Positions 59,252-64,000 of a DNA stretch of 64,000 nucleotides are shown here, in pieces (position 1 is the first letter of the stretch; each line of letters starts with the position of its first letter). Origin of the DNA: Burkholderiales bacterium (GTDB lineage Bacteria; Pseudomonadota; Gammaproteobacteria; Burkholderiales; WYBJ01). Location of the stretch: positions 17,859-81,858 of the forward strand of contig JALHQN010000016.1 in assembly GCA_022841915.1 (NCBI GenBank). The letters run 5' to 3'. The position numbers were made by a program, and so were the translations under genes. Below the pieces are notes generated by a model. It searched no databases and had not been told where the DNA came from. It saw nothing but the letters and a program-made list of their open reading frames with translations.

Positions 59252-60661
59252 ATGCTCAGCCTAGACATCACCACGCTGCACGCCGGTTATCGCAACGGCA
59301 CCCTCACGCCGACGCAGGTCATCGAGGAAGTCTATCGCCGCATCGAGGCACGAGGCGACGACCACGTCTGGCTGAGCCTCGTGCCCCAGCGCATCGCAGT
59401 CGAGCGGGCGCAAGCACTCGAGGCCCGCATTCCCCCGCGATCCGGCCCCGACAGTCACCCGCTCTACGGGCTGCCCTTCTCCGTGAAGGACAACCTCCAT
59501 GTCGCCGGCATGACCACGAGCGCCGCCTGTCCGGCGTTCTCGCACGTGGCGAAGGTCACAGCGACCGCAGTCGATCGGGCACTCGATTCGGGCGCGATCC
59601 TGATCGGCAAGACCAACATGGATCAATTCGCCACGGGCCTGGTCGGGATACGGTGTCCGACCGGATATTGCCGCAATCTGTTCGATCCCGACTACATCCC
59701 CGGTGGCTCCAGTTCGGGCGCGGGCGTTTGCGTCGGCGCAGGCTTGGTGAGCTTCGCATACGGATCCGACACCGGCGGCTCGGGTCGTGTTCCGGCGGCA
59801 ATGAGCAACGTCGTCGGATTCAAGCCGACCCCCGGCGTGATCAGTGTCGCCGGCTTCGTCTACGCCAATCGCAGCATCGACGTCTGCCCGATCTTCGCAC
59901 TGACCGTCGACGATGCGTATCGGGTGTTCGAAGTCGTCCGGGGCTTCGATCCTGGCGACGATTTTTCACGCCCCGAAGCCGGCGACTATGACGTGTCGGC
60001 GCGCGACTTCGCCGCATTCAAGTTCGGCGTCCCCTCGGCCGAGCACCTGAATTTCTTCGGCGACGTCGCGCAGGCAGCCGCGTACCGGGCATCGATCGAG
60101 CGCCTTGCCGCGATGGGCGGCACGCCGGTGGAGATCGACTTCGCCCCGTTCACCGAGCTCGGCCGCATGCTGTTCAGCAGCCCTGCGCTGGCGGAGCGGC
60201 TCGTCGACCTGGAAGCCTTCCTGGAACATCATCTGGAGGACTTGCATCCGACCACGCGGACGGTTCTTTCGAGCGCTCGCCACTTCACGGCCACGGACGC
60301 CTATCGCGAGCAGTATCGAATGCAGCGCCTGAAGCGCGCCGTTCATGCACAGATGGCCCAATGCGACTTGCTCGCGCTTCCGACCACAGGGACGATCTAT
60401 CGCATCGCCGAAGTCGAAGCGGATCCGGTCCGTCTCAATGCGAACAACGGCTACTACACGTACTTCGCCAACCTTGCCCACTTGTGCGCCATCTCGGTCC
60501 CGGCGAGTTTCCGCCCCGACGGCCTGCCGTTTTCTATTTGCCTGGTAGCACCGCCACTCCAGGAAGGCGCGTTGCGCGGCATCGCTCGGCGCTTTCATGC
60601 TTCGAGCGGATTGCCTGCCGGAGCAACCGGCGCCGCCGTGGCCCCCATGTACGACCGGTAA
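59252..60661 (+). CDS. Amidase-signature enzyme (allophanate hydrolase-like N-domain)
   Basis: The amidase signature stretch GGSSSGAGVCVGAGLVSFAYGSDTGGSGRVPAA contains the Ser-cisSer-Lys triad context. The protein is 469 aa. Confidence 0.85.
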   Translation: MLSLDITTLHAGYRNGTLTPTQVIEEVYRRIEARGDDHVWLSLVPQRIAVERAQALEARIPPRSGPDSHPLYGLPFSVKDNLHVAGMTTSAACPAFSHVAKVTATAVDRALDSGAILIGKTNMDQFATGLVGIRCPTGYCRNLFDPDYIPGGSSSGAGVCVGAGLVSFAYGSDTGGSGRVPAAMSNVVGFKPTPGVISVAGFVYANRSIDVCPIFALTVDDAYRVFEVVRGFDPGDDFSRPEAGDYDVSARDFAAFKFGVPSAEHLNFFGDVAQAAAYRASIERLAAMGGTPVEIDFAPFTELGRMLFSSPALAERLVDLEAFLEHHLEDLHPTTRTVLSSARHFTATDAYREQYRMQRLKRAVHAQMAQCDLLALPTTGTIYRIAEVEADPVRLNANNGYYTYFANLAHLCAISVPASFRPDGLPFSICLVAPPLQEGALRGIARRFHASSGLPAGATGAAVAPMYDR

Positions 60662-61069
60662 TCCCCGACGCTTGCAGCGCCAACGAGCGCAGAGGATCGG
60701 CCGCAGTCGCGAAGGCGACATACAAAAGCCCTGAGACGCCCTGGAACGCCAGGTGCGACACTTGGCCGCAGCTCGTCGGCGCCCCCGGTCGCTTCGCATT
60801 GAGCATCGGCGCCGGCCTGGCCGGCACGCTGCTGCTGGTTGCATGTGCACCCTGAAGCGACGCGCCGATGCACGGGACCGAGCGTGAGAACGGGCTCTGA
60901 GCCCTCTCGACTGGGCACGGATGATCACGCAAGAACAATACTTGCAGACGGCGCCGGTCATCGCCCCCGAGCAGCGCGCCGAGCGAATCCTGCATCCGTG
61001 AAGCGCAAAGCCTCTGCGATGGGTCTGCGGTCCGTCGAGAAGTCCGCGACGGCCTGCGAACGACCGGCC

Positions 61070-62317
61070 CTAGCGCGCGAAACGCTCGGCCCGGTAAGGC
61101 GTCGGATCCACGAAGGGTTGCTCGCCCGTGGCCATCTCGGCGATCAGCCGCCCGGTCACCGCGCCCAACGTGAACCCTTGATGGGCATGGCCGAACGCGA
61201 ACCACATATTGGGGTGGCGCGGCGCCTGACCGATGACAGGCAGCATGTCCGGGGTGCAGGGCCGGGCGCCCATCCAGGGTTCGGCATCCACGCGCTCGGC
61301 CAGCGGAAACAGTTCTCGCGCGGCGGGCTCGGCACGCTCGAGTTGAACGGGTGTCGGTGCGGCGTCACGCAAGGCGAACTCCACCCCGGTGGTGAGGCGC
61401 ATGCCGCGAGCCATGGGCGTCAGGCAATAGCCTCGTTCGCTGTCGGCGATCGGGCGGTTGAGCACGGCCTCGCCCTGCGCGCGATAGTGCATGTGATAGC
61501 CGCGCTTGACGGCCAGCGGCAGATCGTAGCCGAGAGCCCGAGTCACCCCGTCGGACCAGGGGCCGAGCGCGATGACGACCTTGCCGGCATCGATCGGCCC
61601 ATGGGCGCCATCGACCCGCCAACCGCTGCCGTTCTCTGTCAGCGTATTCGCATCGCCTTGCACGAACTGACCGCCGAGCGACCCGAAGCGCCGCAAGTAC
61701 GCCAACGCGAGCGCCTGCGGATCGCCAACGGTGGTCGGCTGGGTCCAATGCAGGCCGCCGACGAGCACGGACGACAAGTGAGGTTCGGCTTCCTGAAGCC
61801 CGCGCGCATCGAGCGCCCGAAAGGCGACCCCGAAGGCGCGCTGCGCACGCTCGGCATCCGCGAAGCCCGCATCGCGCTTCTCGGCGGTGCGATAGACGCG
61901 GATCCAGCCATCGCGTCGCAGCAACCCCGTCGCCCCCGACTCCTGCGCCAGCGCATCGTGCTCGGCGACGCAGTGCTCGATCAGGCGCGCATAGCTGCGG
62001 GTGACGTCCCCGTAGCGCTTGGGGTGGGAATTGCGCCAATAGCCCCACATGAAGGAGGCGATGCGGGGCAACGCCGCGAGATGATAGCTGGCGTCGATGG
62101 AACGATTGCGAGCGTAGCGCATGATCACCCCGAACTCCTGCGGGAAGACATGCGGATTCACGGCCTCGCGCTGAATCATGCCCGCATTGCCGAACGAGGT
62201 CTCTTCAGCCGCCCCGCGCTTATCCACCAGCACCACGGCGTAACCGCGCTTCTGCAGATGCAGTGCGACGCACACGCCCACCATGCCGGCACCCAGAACC
62301 GTGAAGTCTGCTTTCAT
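61070..62317 (-). CDS. FAD-dependent oxidoreductase (DadA-like D-amino-acid dehydrogenase family)
   Basis: The N-terminal dinucleotide fold VLGAGMVGVCVALHLQKRGYAVVLVDK is present. The protein is 415 aa and DAO-family-like throughout. Confidence 0.85.
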   Translation of the reverse strand: MKADFTVLGAGMVGVCVALHLQKRGYAVVLVDKRGAAEETSFGNAGMIQREAVNPHVFPQEFGVIMRYARNRSIDASYHLAALPRIASFMWGYWRNSHPKRYGDVTRSYARLIEHCVAEHDALAQESGATGLLRRDGWIRVYRTAEKRDAGFADAERAQRAFGVAFRALDARGLQEAEPHLSSVLVGGLHWTQPTTVGDPQALALAYLRRFGSLGGQFVQGDANTLTENGSGWRVDGAHGPIDAGKVVIALGPWSDGVTRALGYDLPLAVKRGYHMHYRAQGEAVLNRPIADSERGYCLTPMARGMRLTTGVEFALRDAAPTPVQLERAEPAARELFPLAERVDAEPWMGARPCTPDMLPVIGQAPRHPNMWFAFGHAHQGFTLGAVTGRLIAEMATGEQPFVDPTPYRAERFAR

Positions 62318-62843
62318 GATCGCTTTTTTTCAGTTTTCACTTCTGTGACGACCATCGCCCGTCGTCTCCGAACCAGTCGCTTGCGTGCGCGATCGCGGGC
62401 GCTCGAACCCTGAACACCACGCACCCGCCGGGCTGTGGAGACTCAACGGACAGCCAGCCGGACGCATCGTGTTCCTAGAATAGCAGGCAAAGAACGACTG
62501 TCGGCATTCGAGCGCCATCGTCGCACCGCGCCGCGCTGCCAGCTGAAGCAAGACCGAGACCATCCCGCATGCGCGCCGGATGCATCGGACAACCCTGCCT
62601 CGCTCCCGGACCATGGCCTCTCGCGCCCCGACTCGACTTCGGAATGCGCCAACGTAGGATGACCGCCCACGACCCGAGGCGGTAGACTCTTCTTGCTGCG
62701 GTCGGTTTCGAGTTTTCCGTCCACGAACTCGCTGAGCCGCTGCCCGCGAGTCGACACGCGCTTCAGGTCGACCACGCTATCCGGGCGAAGACGGCAATCG
62801 CAGCGAAGGTTCGGTCACAGGACATCGATCATCCGGAGGCAGC

Positions 62844-64000
62844 ATGACTACCTATCGAGTCGTCTATCCGCTCGGGCGCAAAGCGCGCCGGAGCACCAGC
62901 AGCAAGCCACGTCCCCGGACACTGGACGGCATGACGATCGCGGAGCTCTCCAATCACAAGTTCGATTCCGAGTTCACCTTCCGCTCGATCGAGCAGGCCA
63001 TCCTGAAACGCCATCCCGGTGTCAAGTTCGTGCCGTTCGAAACGTTCGGCGACACCTACGGCCCGCGCGAATCGGAGGTCATCCGCGACTTGCCCGAAAA
63101 GCTCAGGCTGCACGAAGTGGACTTGGTGATATCAGGCAACGCAGGTTGAGGGAGCTGCACCGCCGCGAGTTCGCGTGCAAGCATTGCAGCTGAAATGGCC
63201 GGGCTGCCGACTGTGACGGTCGCCATCGGAGAAGGATTCGCCAAATCGGTCAAGGCGATCGGCAGGCAATCTGGGGTCGATCTCAAGGTCGCCGTCTACC
63301 CGGGTGTCATCTCGACGCACGAACGCCCCACGGTCGCGAAGAACATCGACGAAGTGCTCGCGGATCAGCTCGTGGCGCAGCTGACAGCCCAGAGCGAATC
63401 GTCGGAGTTCGCGCCCTTCGAAGGCGAACCCGGCGAGCGGGACATCGTCTTCACCGGCAGCTTCGAAGCCGTCAACGAGCACTTCCAGAGGCAAGGATGG
63501 AGCGATGGGCTGCCCATCGTCCCGCCGACAATCGAGAAGGTAGAAGCCTTCTTGCGTTACACCGACCGCACGCCCGAGCAGGTGCTGGGCATCATGCATC
63601 CGAGTCTCGCCGCCGCGAGCGTATGGAACGTCGCCGTGACCGGCGTCATGGCCGGATGCCGGCCCGAGTACATGCCGGTGCTGCTCGCGATTGCCGACGT
63701 CATGGCCGACCCCGACTACGGCCTCAAGCATGGAGGAAGCACCCCCGGCTGGGAGGCGATGATCATCGTCAACGGACCGATCCGGGAGCAGCTCGGTCTC
63801 GACTACGGGCAGGGCCTGCAGCGTCCGGGGAACCAGGCGAACACGAGCATCGGACGCTTCTATCGCCTCTTCGCCCGCAATATTCCCCGCTTTCTGCCCG
63901 GCTCCACCGACATGGCCACCTTCGGCCAGATGTTCCGTGCCGTCGTCGCGGAGGACGAAGCTGCTTGTCGCGCCATGGGTTGGGCCCCGCTGCACGTGAC
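62844..64000 (+). CDS. Candidate selenoprotein with a U-G-S-C motif (in-frame TGA 63147-63149); the 3' end runs beyond the window
   Basis: ATG lies 5 nt after a GGAGG SD. The 101 codons end ...VDLVISGNAG, then TGA-GGG-AGC-TGC (U-G-S-C). The same frame stays open for the remaining 851 nt with coding-like codon usage (...TAASSRASIAAEMAGLPTVTVAIGEGF...GLPIVPPTIEKVEAF...MAGCRPEYMPVLL...). If read conventionally, this is a 101-aa ORF plus a second ORF from ATG 63195. Confidence 0.65.
63154..63190 (+). promoter_or_regulatory. Candidate bacterial SECIS element for the UGSC gene
   Basis: The outer stem is GCUGCA (63154-63159) / UGCAGC (63185-63190). The inner stem is GCCGCG (63162-63167) / CGCG-U-GC (63172-63178, with U63176 bulged). 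The apical loop AGUU (63168-63171) lies about 20 nt after the UGA. Confidence 0.5.

Noticed and set aside
60799-60855. An 18-codon micro-ORF encoding a perfect lipoprotein signal (MSIGAGLAGTLLLVAC-AP) ending at TGA, considered as another possible Sec read-through.
   Set aside because: After the TGA the frame closes again within 15 codons. No hairpin follows, there is no SD and no recognisable mature domain. It is most likely chance or a remnant of a deleted lipoprotein gene.
62443-62775. Minus-strand ORF beginning MVDLKRVSTRGQ, reminiscent of the RVSTxxQ catalytic motif of serine recombinases.
   Set aside because: The similarity is limited to about 8 residues. The rest of the ORF is low-complexity with no resolvase or HTH features and poor coding statistics.

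Overview
This is a high-GC (roughly two-thirds G+C by eye) chromosomal segment. Its gene content looks like a Burkholderiales-type betaproteobacterium, which is an inference from five Bug/TctC-family solute receptors, a CaiB-type CoA-transferase, an MmgE/PrpD protein and several amidohydrolase/ABC catabolic modules. I can support about 57 protein-coding genes, one tRNA-Cys(GCA), one truncated universal-stress-protein remnant, a few terminator- or promoter-like sites and two short hexamer repeats. I see no rRNA, no CRISPR array and no intact mobile element.

Gene order along the window:
- 5'-truncated GlcD/GlcF-like FAD/Fe-S oxidoreductase, then a FIST sensor plus a PAS-rich hybrid histidine kinase.
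- A divergent EgtB-like / glycosyltransferase pair, then cytochrome c and a patatin-like lipase.
- A coxMSL-ordered molybdenum hydroxylase and an Xre/RES toxin-antitoxin pair.
- A double-domain CoA-transferase, then OsmC, SapC and RdgC.
- A PrpD/Bug/TPP-enzyme/ADH block and an FHA protein.
- A Bug/amidohydrolase/decarboxylase-like/MFS block.
- pnp, a DksA/TraR zinc-finger gene, an enoyl-CoA hydratase and tRNA-Cys.
- TetR plus a peroxiredoxin-like gene, then TerC, a CDF exporter and a Met/His-rich periplasmic protein.
- phnDCEE and three more Bug genes.
- An amide/amino-acid catabolic island (M20 deacylase, alpha/beta hydrolase, NitT/TauT ABC system, GntR regulator, second binding protein plus permease, amidase, DadA-like flavoprotein).

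The most interesting signal is three separate selenium-linked loci.
1. A gene at 62844 to the window end has an in-frame UGA inside a U-G-S-C motif, followed by a SECIS-like hairpin.
2. A peroxiredoxin-like gene (40117-40593, minus strand) has UGA at the peroxidatic position of a UxxC motif, a SECIS-like hairpin 11 nt downstream, and a good promoter and SD.
3. An EgtB-family/GT-B pair resembles the selenoneine genes senA/senB, but no senC/selD is nearby and the two genes start back to back.

No selA/B/C/D lies in the window, so all recoding calls remain hypotheses until the rest of the genome is checked.
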